Of a stretch of 64,000 nt of DNA, positions 41,135-53,273 are shown piece after piece (the stretch's first letter is position 1; every line of letters begins with the position of its first letter). The position numbers and the translations under genes are program-made. This DNA is from Octopus sinensis. Its lineage: Eukaryota. A model generated the notes under the pieces. The model did not search any database and had not been told where the DNA came from. It saw only the letters and a list, made by a program, of their open reading frames with translations. Location: contig NC_043013.1 of the NCBI RefSeq assembly GCF_006345805.1, positions 41,788,001 to 41,852,000 on the forward strand, given 5' to 3'.

Positions 41135-42946
41135 TCACGAAAGCTTTCTAGCAACTGCCATTTGGTGCATGAGAGAGTTCGATGCAGCTGCCCTCATCTG
41201 CCCCTCCTGCCGTGAAGTTGGTTCATCTGGGACACCTGACAGGAAGAGATCCAGCTTCATTTTAAAGACATCTGCATCCACCCCATGCAGGTCTCTCAGG
41301 TTCTTCGGGAGGATATTGAAGAGCTGTGGGCCTCGGAAGCCCAGGCTATCACAGAATCTTGTCCTACATCTTGATGGCAAGTTTGGAGTCCTAGGCACCA
41401 CGCAGTGGCGCCCAGTTCTGGCATTTGCGTAACTCTCGATGCCAAAGTTCAGGACACGTCCCTCCAGGATCTTCCAGATGTATATTATGGCATATCTTTC
41501 CCGCCTACGCTCCAGGGAATATAGTTTTAATCTCTTGAGTCTTTCCCAGTAGCTTACATTCTGCATAGAGGCTATCTTCTTCGTGTAGCTACGTTGGATC
41601 GCCTCGAGCTCTGTGATCAACTTGACACTGGATGGTGACCATAACTGAGAGCAGTAGTCAAAGTGGCTTAGGACAAGTGTCCTCCAGAGGACCATCATGG
41701 TTTCTTGTTCTCTTGTTCTAAAGGTTCTGAGGATCCATCCGGCCAGTCGTCTACATTTCATTGCCATTTTAGCAACATGTACACGAAAGGTCGCGTCATC
41801 ACTCATGTAAATACCTAGGTCACGCACTGATTGTGCCTCTGGGATTGCTATTCCTCCGGGTCCAGTGTATTCATTGGGTATTGCATTTAGTTTTGCATGC
41901 TGATAGTGTAGAGCTTGAAACTTTTCAGCATTGAACTGCATGCTATTCTTTTCGGCCCACTTGTATATTTTGTCTAGCTCACATTGCAGGTGTTTAGTGT
42001 CCTCAGGGTTCTGTATTGCCTGTGAAACTTTTGTATCATCTGCATAACTTGTGATCGTGGCTCTCTGCGTGGCTGAGGGCATGTCTGAGAGGGCCATTAT
42101 GAACAGTAGTGGTCCCAGAACAGTGCCCTGCGGAACACCGCTCACTATTTGCGTGTTAATGGAAGTGGCCCCATTGGCCACTACCACCTGACTTCTATCT
42201 TTCAGAAAGTCATGAAGCCATTCTCCCAGTTTTCCAACTATGTTGAGATCACGCAGTTTGTGACATATCATTCCATGATCGACTTTATCAAAGGCCTTTG
42301 CAAAGTCGAGATATATCACTTCCACATTTGAGTGGTTGAGCAGCCGTTTCAGCACCCAGTCATAGTGTTGTAGGAGCTGAGTTAAACAGCTTCTCCCTAG
42401 TCGGAAACCATGTTGGGTGTCGGGCAGCAAGTCATTCTCTTCAAGGAAGGTGATCAGCTTCCTTCTGACTATTCGTTCCATGACCTTGCTGATGTGTGAG
42501 GTCAGAGAGATAGGTCTATAGTTCTTGGCTTCCGCTCTGCTACCTCCTTTATGAATGGGGCATATTTTACCTTCCTTCAGTTTTCTTGGGAGTTTGCTAG
42601 CTGCAAGGAAGCTCTGAAAGAGGAACTGCAGTGGTCTTGCTAGGACTCTCTTACATGCTTTTAGGAGGATTGCCGGGAATCCATCGGGGCCAGTAGCTGA
42701 GTCTGTTTTCATTTCATCTATAGCCTTGATTACATCGTCTTCCTTTATATTGATGTAATCTATCGTCGCCGCCTCTGATTTTATATCTGCAGTGGTAAAA
42801 AAGTCAGTTGGATTGGTGATTTGGAGATGCCCAAGGGGTGGAGTGAAAACACTCTTGAATTGCTCATTCAGTATTTCACTTACCCTCATTGGTTTTCCTG
42901 TAAGTGTGCCATCCTTTTCGAGGAGTGGCCCTATTCTACAGTGCAC
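41135..42946 (-). CDS. LINE ORF2 reverse transcriptase (CR1-like), open 603 aa
   Basis: GPDGFP, YRPISLTSHISKVMERIV, QHGFRLGRSCLTQLL, YLDFAKAFDKVDH, SGVPQGTVLGPLLF, YADDTK, VRDLGI, DYCSQLWSP, LYSLERRR. Confidence 0.95.
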   Translation of the reverse strand: MHCRIGPLLEKDGTLTGKPMRVSEILNEQFKSVFTPPLGHLQITNPTDFFTTADIKSEAATIDYINIKEDDVIKAIDEMKTDSATGPDGFPAILLKACKRVLARPLQFLFQSFLAASKLPRKLKEGKICPIHKGGSRAEAKNYRPISLTSHISKVMERIVRRKLITFLEENDLLPDTQHGFRLGRSCLTQLLQHYDWVLKRLLNHSNVEVIYLDFAKAFDKVDHGMICHKLRDLNIVGKLGEWLHDFLKDRSQVVVANGATSINTQIVSGVPQGTVLGPLLFIMALSDMPSATQRATITSYADDTKVSQAIQNPEDTKHLQCELDKIYKWAEKNSMQFNAEKFQALHYQHAKLNAIPNEYTGPGGIAIPEAQSVRDLGIYMSDDATFRVHVAKMAMKCRRLAGWILRTFRTREQETMMVLWRTLVLSHFDYCSQLWSPSSVKLITELEAIQRSYTKKIASMQNVSYWERLKRLKLYSLERRRERYAIIYIWKILEGRVLNFGIESYANARTGRHCVVPRTPNLPSRCRTRFCDSLGFRGPQLFNILPKNLRDLHGVDADVFKMKLDLFLSGVPDEPTSRQEGQMRAAASNSLMHQMAVARKLS

Positions 42947-43103
42947 CGTAGCTGTTTCTTTGGCATACCTGTAGAAAGCTCTGGGGTTAGATTTTATGTT
43001 GTCTATAGCCCAGGCTTCTTTGTCTGCTCTTTCCTTTCATGGGAGAGTTGCAGACATTTTCGATTTCCAACAGTTTATTTTTAGGCGGGACTTTTCACTG
43101 CTT

Positions 43104-44231
43104 TCAATCTGTTTGTTTAGGCGATTTGAAAATTTTGTACGCCGTCTCATTAAAATTTTCCTCTCTCTGGGGATTTTGTTCTTGTGTACAGTGGCCTTTC
43201 TCTCTGGGACACATTTGTAGCATATGGCTTGTATTACAGACATGAATTGTTGAAGTTTCACGTCGATGTCTGGCGAGGAGAGACATTAGGCCAGTTTTGT
43301 TTGAGGATCTCTTCTCAATTTGTTTCCAGTTTGCCTTATGGTAGTTCAAGCTGGAAAGATTCTGAGGGTTTCTTGTAGGCTGCATGTCCGTGCTCTCTTT
43401 TGGCCCGTACATGGTCAGCTCTATCATGTTGTGATCCGAGAGTAGTGTCGGTGTCACTTTCACATTATGGATGAGATCCATGTCATTTGTGAAGCAGAGA
43501 TCCAGTGTGTTACCTGCCCTGGTTGGTTGGAGTATTACCTGCTCCATGTACAGGGTGTTGATGAGGTTCAGGAGGGACCTCGCCTGTCCTCGTTCACATC
43601 TTGTCATTCCTGGGAGAGAAAGGCCCTCGAGCCATCTGACATTGGGCAGATTGAAGTCTCCCATAAGAAGTACACTTATGTGTTGTTCTAATGTGGTTAG
43701 AACTTCTATTTTTATAAGGCAGTCTTCAAACTTGCCCACATGGCTTGGGGCATCTGGAGGGCGATATGTAGCACACACAACTACATCAAGTTGCCTAATA
43801 TGTACAATTAGTGTGTCACACACCGAGTTTGAGTATGACAAGAGGACCTGGGGTGTGAGGTCCTCACGGATGTACATAGCAACACCTCCATGACTCCTTT
43901 CTTTCCTGTCGGTCCGTAGTACAGCATACTGTGGTATGTGTAACTCCGCATCTGCTATATCCGGTTTCAGGTGCGTTTCCGTAAGTGCTATGCATAAGGC
44001 TTGATTGCATGCAACAAAGTCTCTCAGGAACGGGATTTTTGTCCTGTTACTGAGTGTTTGCAGTCCTCTGATGTTCAGTAGGAGCATTGAGGTGAGGTGT
44101 ACGTTGTTGCCGGTGGTGTCCATCCTGGTTCTGTTTGCTGTGGTGGTCTGGTATATAGTGGGTAGTCCCACCTGCGGGCTTGGGTTTGATGAAGCCAGGT
44201 CAGCTGCTGTACAATCGTTTGTGCCATGCAC
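43104..44231 (-). CDS. LINE ORF2 apurinic-like endonuclease, frameshifted from the RT
   Basis: LNIRGL, IALTETHL, DRKERSHGGVAMY, YRPP, MGDFNLP, PTRAGNTLDLCFTN. Confidence 0.93.
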   Translation of the reverse strand: MHGTNDCTAADLASSNPSPQVGLPTIYQTTTANRTRMDTTGNNVHLTSMLLLNIRGLQTLSNRTKIPFLRDFVACNQALCIALTETHLKPDIADAELHIPQYAVLRTDRKERSHGGVAMYIREDLTPQVLLSYSNSVCDTLIVHIRQLDVVVCATYRPPDAPSHVGKFEDCLIKIEVLTTLEQHISVLLMGDFNLPNVRWLEGLSLPGMTRCERGQARSLLNLINTLYMEQVILQPTRAGNTLDLCFTNDMDLIHNVKVTPTLLSDHNMIELTMYGPKESTDMQPTRNPQNLSSLNYHKANWKQIEKRSSNKTGLMSLLARHRRETSTIHVCNTSHMLQMCPREKGHCTQEQNPQREENFNETAYKIFKSPKQTD

Positions 44232-44978
44232 AAAAAAGATTGTTGCTCAGCAGCTGCCCTTTCGACAACATCATGTTGGTGGTTTGTGGCACGCACAACA
44301 TCTGCGTACCTCCGCTTTGGGGCAAGTGGTGCGTGGTCCATCCCTTTTCCTTCTGTTGATGGTTTGTCCATCTGCCTCGTGTCTCTGTGGCAGGGTCCCC
44401 GATGTGCAAAGCGGCAGCCTGCACCTTCCTTTCCATGCCAGCAGGAACCTCTCAGGTAGAACCTACACACCCGTGTGCGCTGTTTGTTTCCATCTTTTGC
44501 GGTTCCACTTCTATTCCTGGTTTTTTCACCCTTTGGTCCTGCTTGAGCTTTTCCTTTAGCTCTTCCAGCCCTTCTTTTAGTTCTTCCTCCTCCCTCTACC
44601 TCTTCACCGGGTTCTCCGTCTCCATGGCCTTGCTGCCGGTTGGAGAACTTGCACCTGGGTTCACTTCCGGGCAGGTTTCTCATTCAAAACCTCCTCCCGG
44701 GCGTCCACCAGGTGGGGGTGACTTCTTTCATCGTCTCCATTCTTGCCATCTTTGCCCCGCTCGTTCTCAAAGATGGCATCAAGTGCGCCAATGTGCGACC
44801 GTATAAGCGCATATGAGCGCACGAATTCCCGTCTCTTTCGCTCCATCTGAGCCGCTGTCCTCTTGTAGCCTTTGCTCTTCAGCGCAGCCGCAATCACCTC
44901 GCTAGGGCTATCTCCGTCGGCGCACTTCCAGGCTCGTACGAATAAATCTAGTTCGTCAGGTCTCCATGCTCTGGACAT
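44075..44978 (-). CDS. LINE ORF1 (Myb/SANT-like domain plus CCCH zinc finger), frameshifted
   Basis: WRPDELDLFVRAW...IAAALKSKGYKRTAAQMERK (trihelix/Myb-like); CRFYLRGSCWHGKEGAGCRFAH; an acidic coiled-coil-like stretch (EEEELKEGLEELKEKLK) in a third frame. Confidence 0.7.
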
Positions 44979-45039
44979 GCTGGATGATCTGTCTATTTGT
45001 TTATCTATCTAACTATGTTCGAGAGAAGACAAGAAGATA

Positions 45040-45555
45040 TTAAGGCTAATTAGAAGATAGAGTATTTGGAAAAAAAAAATATTAACAATATTAAAGTTTG
45101 TGGGTAAAAACGTTATTTAATCTTAAGGCTAATTAGGAGATAGAGTATCTGAAAATATGTTAACAATATTACTATTATATTAAAGTGTGGGTAGAAATCG
45201 TTATTTAATCTTAAGGCTAATTAGAAGATAGAGTATTCAAAAATATATTAAAGTGTGGGTGAAAAAGTTAAAGTGTGGGTAAAAACGTTATTTAATCTTA
45301 AGGCTAATTAGAGGATAGAGTATCTGAAAATATATTAACAAATATTTAAAATGTGGGTAAAAAGGCTAATTAGAAAGATATTAGAGTGTGGGTAAAAAAT
45401 TAGAAGATGTTAAAGTGTGGGTAAAAACGTTGTTTATTCTTAAGGCTAATTAGAAGATAGAGTATCTGAAAAATTATTAACAATGTTAAACAATATTAAA
45501 CAATATTAAACGTTATTTAATCTTAAGGCTAATTAGAAGATAGAGTATCTGAAAG
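45040..45555 (-). repeat. About seven 70-90-bp monomers in the LINE 5' UTR
   Basis: TTAAGGCTAATTAGAAGATAGAGTAT recurs at about 45040, 45123, 45211, 45298, 45362 (partial), 45440 and 45523. Confidence 0.88.
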
Positions 45556-46322
45556 AGGAGAGATGAGAGGGTAAGAAAGAGGGGAAAGATTATTTATCTA
45601 TCTAAAGTTCGTGAAAGTTCACGTCCATGCATATATACGCATACATATATACATACACGCACACACACATACATACACGTGCACACACATACACATATAC
45701 ACAGACGGTGAGAGAAGGAAGGTAGAAAAAAAGAAAATGAGTGAAAATATATTAAAATATATATATATTTTAAAAAGTGAAGAAAGGGTTATTTAATTCT
45801 GAAGCCAATTTCTGCCTTCGAGAACAGTTATTGAGATGTAAACAAACAAAAATGGCGATCGTAAACTTTAACGGAGATGTGGGCTTAAGTTAAGGGGGAT
45901 AAAATAGGATAATAAACAAAATATGAAATAGAAGATGAAAGTGATACTTAATCCAACGATGTGGTCTGGATTTTTTGTGGTTTACGGGATTATTTTCCAG
46001 GAGATGTTTCTTTTTCCTTCTTCTAGGAGATAAGTTACTTCAGTGGATTTTTCCACCATGTGCGTTTTCGGCGAAAAAAAAAAATTATTACTGTATTTGG
46101 CTTCAGGCAAAATATATTACGTTTTTGATTAATATATTTGTAGCCGAAGTGTTGTAGTGGACTTTATGAGTTGAATTTGTGACTTTCAGTAGATTGTTTC
46201 ACCGATTTATGCACACTTTCTGCCTTTTTTAAACAGAGCAAAGGCGATACACGACTTTCCCTGTCGGAACCGGAAATACAAAATGAGAACAAAATTGAAA
46301 GAAGATAATAATAATAATAATA

Positions 46323-46374
<52 letters not shown>

Positions 46375-46449
46375 TTCCTCTTCGCCTATGAAGCAGTCGA
46401 TCTCGTATCACTTCCACGCAGGCAATCGCGATGCACCCATCCCTCTTCC

Positions 46450-47260
46450 TTTCACTATCCATATTGCATAGAATCTCATTACTAACATTTTAAAACCACC
46501 TGGTTTGCTTTCTACCATTGTACCATTGACAGAGGTGGATGACTTTCCTAATTCCATCATTAATTTTATTCAAAATGTGTTTGTTAATTAATCCGATCTT
46601 GCTCTTAACGATGTTGATTAAAATGCATTTTAGATTAGAAACAAAATTCCACTTCTCACGTTCGAAGGTAATGGAAGGTTAGCTCTCAGTTAAACTGTAT
46701 TGTATAGCCTTAGTGTGTTCGCTTGTTATTGTTCGCTTGTCATTATAAATGTGTAAGCTAACTTTTCTCTCGATTTGGCTTTTTCTAATTTATATTTATT
46801 TTTGCCTTACCAAAGAAGTTGTAGTTGAATGTTTTCCCTCCGCCTCGGAAAAGTTTCTTACAATCACTGTGAACTTTGTCAAGGTATACCACATAGTTTA
46901 TCACAACGACATATAAAGCATTATGCTTGCTAATGGAATCTTTAGGTTCGATAAAAGTCTTTCTGCGTTAAAAAAGAAATCAGATTTTGCAGGTTCATTC
47001 GATGTCGGTACGAAGTCATTTGGTAGCATAAAAATATCTGAACTTCTGGACGTTTACTTCTTTGATATGCTTAAGAATACGTTCACGTGTGTAGGTATAA
47101 GCCTATAATGAGATAACGAGCTAGTCCTATCACAGGATGTCAGCGGGGACACACAGAATACACTAGACAAACCAGATGTACAAAATTACTCAGTATCTTC
47201 AACGTAATAACATCCACAAATATAAATACAGCTAAGTGAATCACCAAAAGGCACAGGGCA
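46450..47260. mobile_element. Penelope-like RT fragments in inverted arrangement
   Basis: Minus 46860 to 46450: LINIVKSKIGLINKHILNKIN...QW...WF. Plus 46870-47260: KK...GSFDVG..SF...ISELL..YFFDML...SL(Y)RDNEL. These match consecutive Penelope RT regions. Confidence 0.65.
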
Positions 47261-47321
47261 TATAAGACATCTCACATAAAATGTATTTACTTTACAACTG
47301 ATTTTAGCCACTCACCTATTA

Positions 47322-47852
47322 CAGGGTGTCCCTAATGTCATGGTGTAATGCAACAAAATTACTTCATTCCTGTGCTTGGACAATTAGAGCTGATAGAGAA
47401 TTAAGTTTTTCAATAAGATGGTGCACCTTGTCACTTTGCTCTGCAAGTTAGGCAGTTTCCAAATGATAAATTCCTTAATAGATGAACTGGAAGAGGTGGA
47501 CCATTATTGTGGCCTTCACGTTCACCAGATTTAACTCCATTGGATTTCTTTTTATAGAGACATGTGAAGAGCATTGTTTATTCAACAAAGCCTCAATCTT
47601 TAGATGTGAAAACAAGGATAACTGATCTGATGGAAAGTGTTATTGAAAATCAGTTGAAAAATGTTTTCCGAGAACTACAGAATCGTATTTCTCTGTAATA
47701 GTGATGATGGTGGACCTGTTGAAAATTAACAAGATGAATAAAAAAAATTTAGGTCATTCTTCTTTCTTATCCTTTTTACAGATTAATTCTATCAAGTAAA
47801 GTTACGAAGATATAGGTATTTTAAATTGAACCATGACCTAATGGACACCCTG
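47322..47852 (+). mobile_element. Internally deleted mariner (rosa/DD41D-like) element
   Basis: TIRs CAGGGTGTCC...GGACACCCTG, TA on both sides (47320-21, 47853-54); DGAPCHFA...GRGGPLLWPSRSPDLTPLDFF. Confidence 0.85.
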
Positions 47853-48618
47853 TATTTTTCGACGATATTGTCAAAAATATTTGTAGAAAAACATCTAAAA
47901 TATCTCAATTTTCCTTAAAGATATTTTTTGCTGTAGCTTCTTCTCATTCTTAGAATACACCTGTAGTCAGTCGACATATGCGTAAGAATACACCTCTGGT
48001 CCATAGCAACTCAATAACAGGAAACCAAGTAAGAAAATCTTCTGGTTCAACCGATTCTTTCTTATAGTTAAGTGTAGCATGGATATTTTTTATAATGAAT
48101 AAGCTTTTTTTCTATCAGTCGTCGATACAGGAGATTATTTAAATGAACCATTTTGATATTAATCCATGGTGTTCGTTTACTTGTTTCAGTCATGAGACTG
48201 CAGCCGTGCTGGGACACAGCCTTGAAGCATTTATAGCCGAAGGAATTGCACCCAGAACTTATGAACTTTTTAAAGTATGGCACTTCCTCTTTCCCCTTTT
48301 TTCCCCTAACTGCTACATTGAAGGATATAAACACACCAAGCGATAGTGTGGACAAACACACACACACATACACACATATATATACATATACATATTTATA
48401 TATAAATATATGCATATATATATGTGTGTGCATATATATATAAAATACAATGTACATTTAAACACATTAAAAGGTATCCATCACAGGACTCCTTTACGCT
48501 AGAAGGAACAGCTAAAGTCCAAAACACTAATTAGGGATAAAATCTCGAAGGGAATGAAAGATAAAAAAAAATTTACCATCTATTTCCTGGACCATGGTTT
48601 CAGACGTTTTTAGCAATT

Positions 48619-48655
<37 letters not shown>

Positions 48656-48698
48656 TGCTAAAAACGTCTGAAACCATGGTCCAGGAAATAGTAATATA

Positions 48699-48936
48699 TA
48701 GGGTGGCCCAAAAGGCAGGTTTACAGTTATTCAACTATCTCTTTCGCATTCATATATTAACAGTTTAGATCTTAATTATAAAAAAAATATGAAACCATTA
48801 TTCTATGCTAATTTAGTAAATTTTGTCAAGCTCTCTTTTCAGTTTGTAATATAGAAATTTAAAATGTAATAACATGTTTTAAAAGAAATTTAAAATGCCT
48901 ACATGATAACTGTAAACCTACATTTAAGCCACCCTG
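48699..48936. mobile_element. Tc1/mariner-type MITE
   Basis: Imperfect TIRs agggtggc...aggtttacagttat / ataactgtaaacct...gccaccctg, TA flanks. Confidence 0.75.
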
Positions 48937-48939
48937 TAT

Positions 48940-50100
48940 AGACAGGCTTCTTTCAGTTTCTGTCTACCAAATCGACTCACAAGGCTTTCGTCGGCCTGAG
49001 GTTATAGTAGAAAACATTTGGCCAGAGTTCCATGCTGTGGGACTGAAACTGGAACCATATGTCCGAAAAGCAAGCTTCTTACCACACAGCTTGCGCCTAT
49101 TGTAAAACATAAAAAGCATTCAAACATAATGCCACAATATCTAACCGTACGAGCAAGAGTAGATTACTCTTACAGAGACAGAAAATAATAGTCTCGTTCT
49201 GCTCTACTAAGCTGAGGAAAATATTTATGAGGCCACAGTCATTTTTAAGAGAGTGGCTGTGTGGTACGTAGCTTGCTTACGAACCACATAGTTCCGGGTT
49301 CAGTCCCACTGCGTTGCACCTTGGGCAAGTGTCTTCTACTATAGCCTCGGGCCGACCAAAGCCTCGTGGGTGTATTTGATAGACGGAAACTGAAAGAAGC
49401 CCGTCGTATATATGTATATATTTATATATATGTGTGTGTGTTTGTGTGCCTGTGTTTGTCCTCCCAACATTGCTTGACAACCGATGCTGGTGTGTTTACG
49501 TCTCCGTAACTTAGTGGTTCGACAAAAGAGATCGATCGAATAAGTACTAAGCTAACAAAGAATAAGCTCTGGGGTCGCTTTGCTCGATTAAAGCATGGCC
49601 ACAATCAAATGACTGAAACAAGTAAAACAGAAAAGAATATGTAGAAGAAATGGCTTCAATTTTTGGTACAAGGTCACAACGTTCGGTGGGTGGAGGAAGG
49701 ACTAAATCGATTACATTAACCCCAGTGCACAACTGGTACTTATTTCATCGACCTCAAAAGAATGGAAGGCAAAACCAAGCTCGGCGGAATTTGAACACAG
49801 AACGTAAAGACGGACGAAATGCTGCTAAGCGTTTCGTCCAGCATGCTAATGATTTAGTCAACTCGTCGCCTTTATTAGGCAGAAAAAATCGTTTCTATTA
49901 TAGACACAAAGCCTGAAATTTGGGGGGAGGGGGACAAGTGGATTACATTGACCTTAGTGTTTCACTGGTACTTAATTCATCGACTTTGAAAGGTCGAAAA
50001 GCAAAGTCGACCTCGGCGAAGTTTGAACTCAGAATGTAAAGACGGGCGAAAAGCCGCTAAGCATTTCGTCTGGCGTGCTAATGATTCAGCTAGCTTGTTG
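48940..50100. mobile_element. SINE A (minus head, then plus full copy at 49250-49625) and SINE B copies (minus)
   Basis: Sequence match. Confidence 0.8.
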
Positions 50101-50129
50101 CCTTTATTACCGTTATTCCTATTTCACTT

Positions 50130-50257
50130 TTCCTTTCAGATGTATAGAGAACAGAAATGTTACTAAACTATTCAACTATATTAGGGAAATGAAAGAACGT
50201 GGAACTATCATTGATATTCATTGGAAAATTCTTAAACGGACAAAAGCCTACGGCTAG
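50130..50257 (+). mobile_element. Penelope-like GIY-YIG endonuclease fragment
   Basis: NVTKLFNYIREMKERGTIIDIHWKILKRTKAY resembles PLE TELSKYIWELK....I.WKIL....Y. Confidence 0.65.
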
Positions 50258-50660
50258 TGTAACGCTGAAAAGTTTTTCATAATAATTTTTTTTTTTTTTT
50301 TTTGGAAAAGAAAACATTATTTAAATATCAGATAAGAGATTTACAATAAATGCAGACAATTCAGAAAAATCTTTTTATGAAACCGGAAAACACTGGGCTA
50401 CCAGGCTACAGCGAATTCAATGCTGACAGTTACTGACAAAACGTACTCACTTACACACATATAGGTAAGTGCGCACATACATACATACATAAACACATAC
50501 ACACACACACACACACACATGCACATATATGTAAGAATTTAAAGACATCGGAAGATATGAAATGAGTTATTTTTTAACTGTAAAATTCGAAGTAGATAAA
50601 CTTATAAATGATAACGTGCCGAAATTTAGTCTTAAAAAACCTTGGATAGGAAAAAAAGGT

Positions 50661-50738
50661 GGGACGCTGTTTGTAGGACTTGAACCAACACCTTCAGTGT
50701 GCATGACAGACTTTCTAACCATTATACCAAATGAACAC
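50661..50738 (-). pseudogene. tRNA-like pseudogene (Ala/Val-like)
   Basis: A box tggtataatggttag, B box ggttcaagtcc, 7-nt loop catgcac, downstream T run; stems imperfect and U33 absent. Confidence 0.45.
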
Positions 50739-50908
50739 TTTCAGTTTTCTCTATCTAATTGCTTCCATGCAAGAATTGTAAGCTGTTTACGTTATTAGAA
50801 TTTAGAAAATTCGAGAGATATAGAATAATTTTTTAACAATGAATATCGATGTAGATAAAGCAGAAAATAAATTGGATTTAAAAAATCCCTTGAATGGAAA
50901 AAATTCGA

Positions 50909-50980
50909 AGGCTGCTAGTGACGCTCGAACTCATATCTTCTGCAAATATACCAGGTGTTCTAACCATAATGTGCTGTGCA
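50909..50980 (-). pseudogene. Second degenerate tRNA-like sequence
   Basis: ttatggttagaac and gagttcgagc boxes, downstream T run. Confidence 0.3.
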
Positions 50981-51311
50981 TAACACAGTGTGAAAGATAG
51001 ATTAAGATGTATTTAAACATTAGAAAGCCTCAAGCATGTGAAAGGAAATTATAAGAATGTAAACACGTTCTCTCTTTGCTTTCAATGTGCGAGAAAAACA
51101 GGATGAGGAGGATATTGTCGGACCGTTTCGCTGTTTGTTGACTGCTCCTCAGAGGAAGCCTATTTGTTTTCCTCCCTCAATCGCTAGCACTGCTCCTATA
51201 TAAAGCAGCCAAATCAACCTATCGACAATGGTAAATGTTTACTGTACAAGTTAGCTTAATTTGCATATTTCTATACACACACACACGCATACATATGTGT
51301 GTGTGTGTGTG

Positions 51312-51368
51312 TATGCTACTAATAGTTTTATATGTCGAGAAATAACTCAGACATACTCATCAGGCACA
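51312..51368 (-). ncRNA. Hammerhead motif with G12>A
   Basis: tgtgc CTGATGA gtatgtc-loop-gacatat aAAA ctattag TA gcata; 5-bp stem I, 7-bp stem II. Confidence 0.6.
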
Positions 51369-51501
51369 AAACTACATATAACGAACATATGAAGTTACTA
51401 ATGGTTCATAAAAAATTATACTGTGCTTATTAAATATTTATCTCTCACCAGAAGGACTACTTTTTTGCGCTCTTACCATCACGGAACAGTACATTATATA
51501 T

Positions 51502-51535
<34 letters not shown>

Positions 51536-52333
51536 CAACGGGAGAAATACAACGAGATGGCTCACGATCCAGCATTATGGTAAGGGACACATTGCCATTC
51601 TTATTTTTGTTCTCCTTTTACAAACCAAAGAGAGTGCTTTAAGAATATCGCTTGACTGGTTAGAAACAACACCTAAATCTGCCTCAAATCCGATCCTCCG
51701 AACTCAAAAATAGACATTTTGGATGCTAGTGGTTTTATGAGTAGCTAAAAGGCGGAATGATTATTTATGCTTGATCAGGGATAATAGAAAGTTAAACAAT
51801 AATAACATTACTACCGCCAACAATAACAACAACAACAACAAACTCGACAACAACAACAACAGCCTCCTACTTTTCATAAGTTATGAGAACAGAAATAATG
51901 CCTGTCTCGTAATGATATATATCAATGGAGAGGAAGAGAGAATAACAAGGAGGAGAAAAGGAAGAGGAAGGCAAAATGGGGCGAGGGGGAAAGAGGGAGG
52001 TAAGTGAGAACAAGAGTTAATACAATTAAGATTGTAATCGTCTTTTTTCTCATTATGCCAATAATATACGATAAAAACGAACGAATGAAACGACTAAAAA
52101 AACATTCTAGAAAACACTCTTCTTCCGTTGTTTAATGTGTCCCGCTCTCAAAGCATGATTATCTGACGTAAAGTCTCTTCTTTGCCTGTTAAATACGATG
52201 TACAAACGTGTCTTATCTCTCATGAAAGATGGCGGCCACCAAACACAACAATGTTCAAACCAGAAGCGATGGATTATGCACAATCGGGAAGGTCAGTATG
52301 ACTTTCAAACACACACACACACACACACAGACG

Positions 52334-52391
<58 letters not shown>

Positions 52392-52566
52392 CACGCACAC
52401 ACTCACATGTTGTGTACATATATTCGCTTAATTATACACACACACACATACATACATACATACATACATACATACATACATACATACACACATACACACA
52501 TACATACATACATATGCACATTTATATCAACATCTATCCATGTCTCTTTATAACGCTCTGCCTGTC

Positions 52567-52599
<33 letters not shown>

Positions 52600-52699
52600 A
52601 TATGATATATATTTATAAATATACGTCTATATACATATATATACATACATCTACACACACACATATACATCATATATAAATATATATGTATGTATATAC

Positions 52700-52762
<63 letters not shown>

Positions 52763-52859
52763 ATATATTTATAAATATACGTCTATATACATATATATAC
52801 ATACATCTACCACACACATATACATCCATATAAAATATATATGTATGTATATACATATA

Positions 52860-52941
<82 letters not shown>

Positions 52942-53215
52942 CAATGCATATATATACACATATGAGTGTGCGTGTGTATACACACATATATATATATATA
53001 TTTTCTTGCATACACACATCACACTTACACGTGCATGCACACAACACCACACGGATATATTGGTAAGTAAATTTATTGTTTATGTGTGTACGTTTATGTG
53101 TGCGTGTGTGTCTGTGTGTCTCTGTATATGCGTAGTGTGGTGTGTGCGTGTGTGTGTGCGTGGGTGCGTGTGTGTGTGTGTGTGTGTGCGTATGTCTGTG
53201 TGCGCGTATGTTTGT

Positions 53216-53273
<58 letters not shown>

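Larger units (their letters stand above)
41042..45555 (-). mobile_element. Near full-length CR1-like LINE
   Basis: Tandem-monomer 5' UTR, ORF1 (Myb/SANT-like plus CCCH), ORF2 APE and RT, 3' stem-loop and (AATC)n tail at 41042-41066. Confidence 0.9.

Noticed and set aside
51190-51270. TATA box, ATG and octamer cluster
   Set aside because: The ATG would fall at the start site, the donor is weak and there is no ORF; expected by chance in AT-rich DNA.
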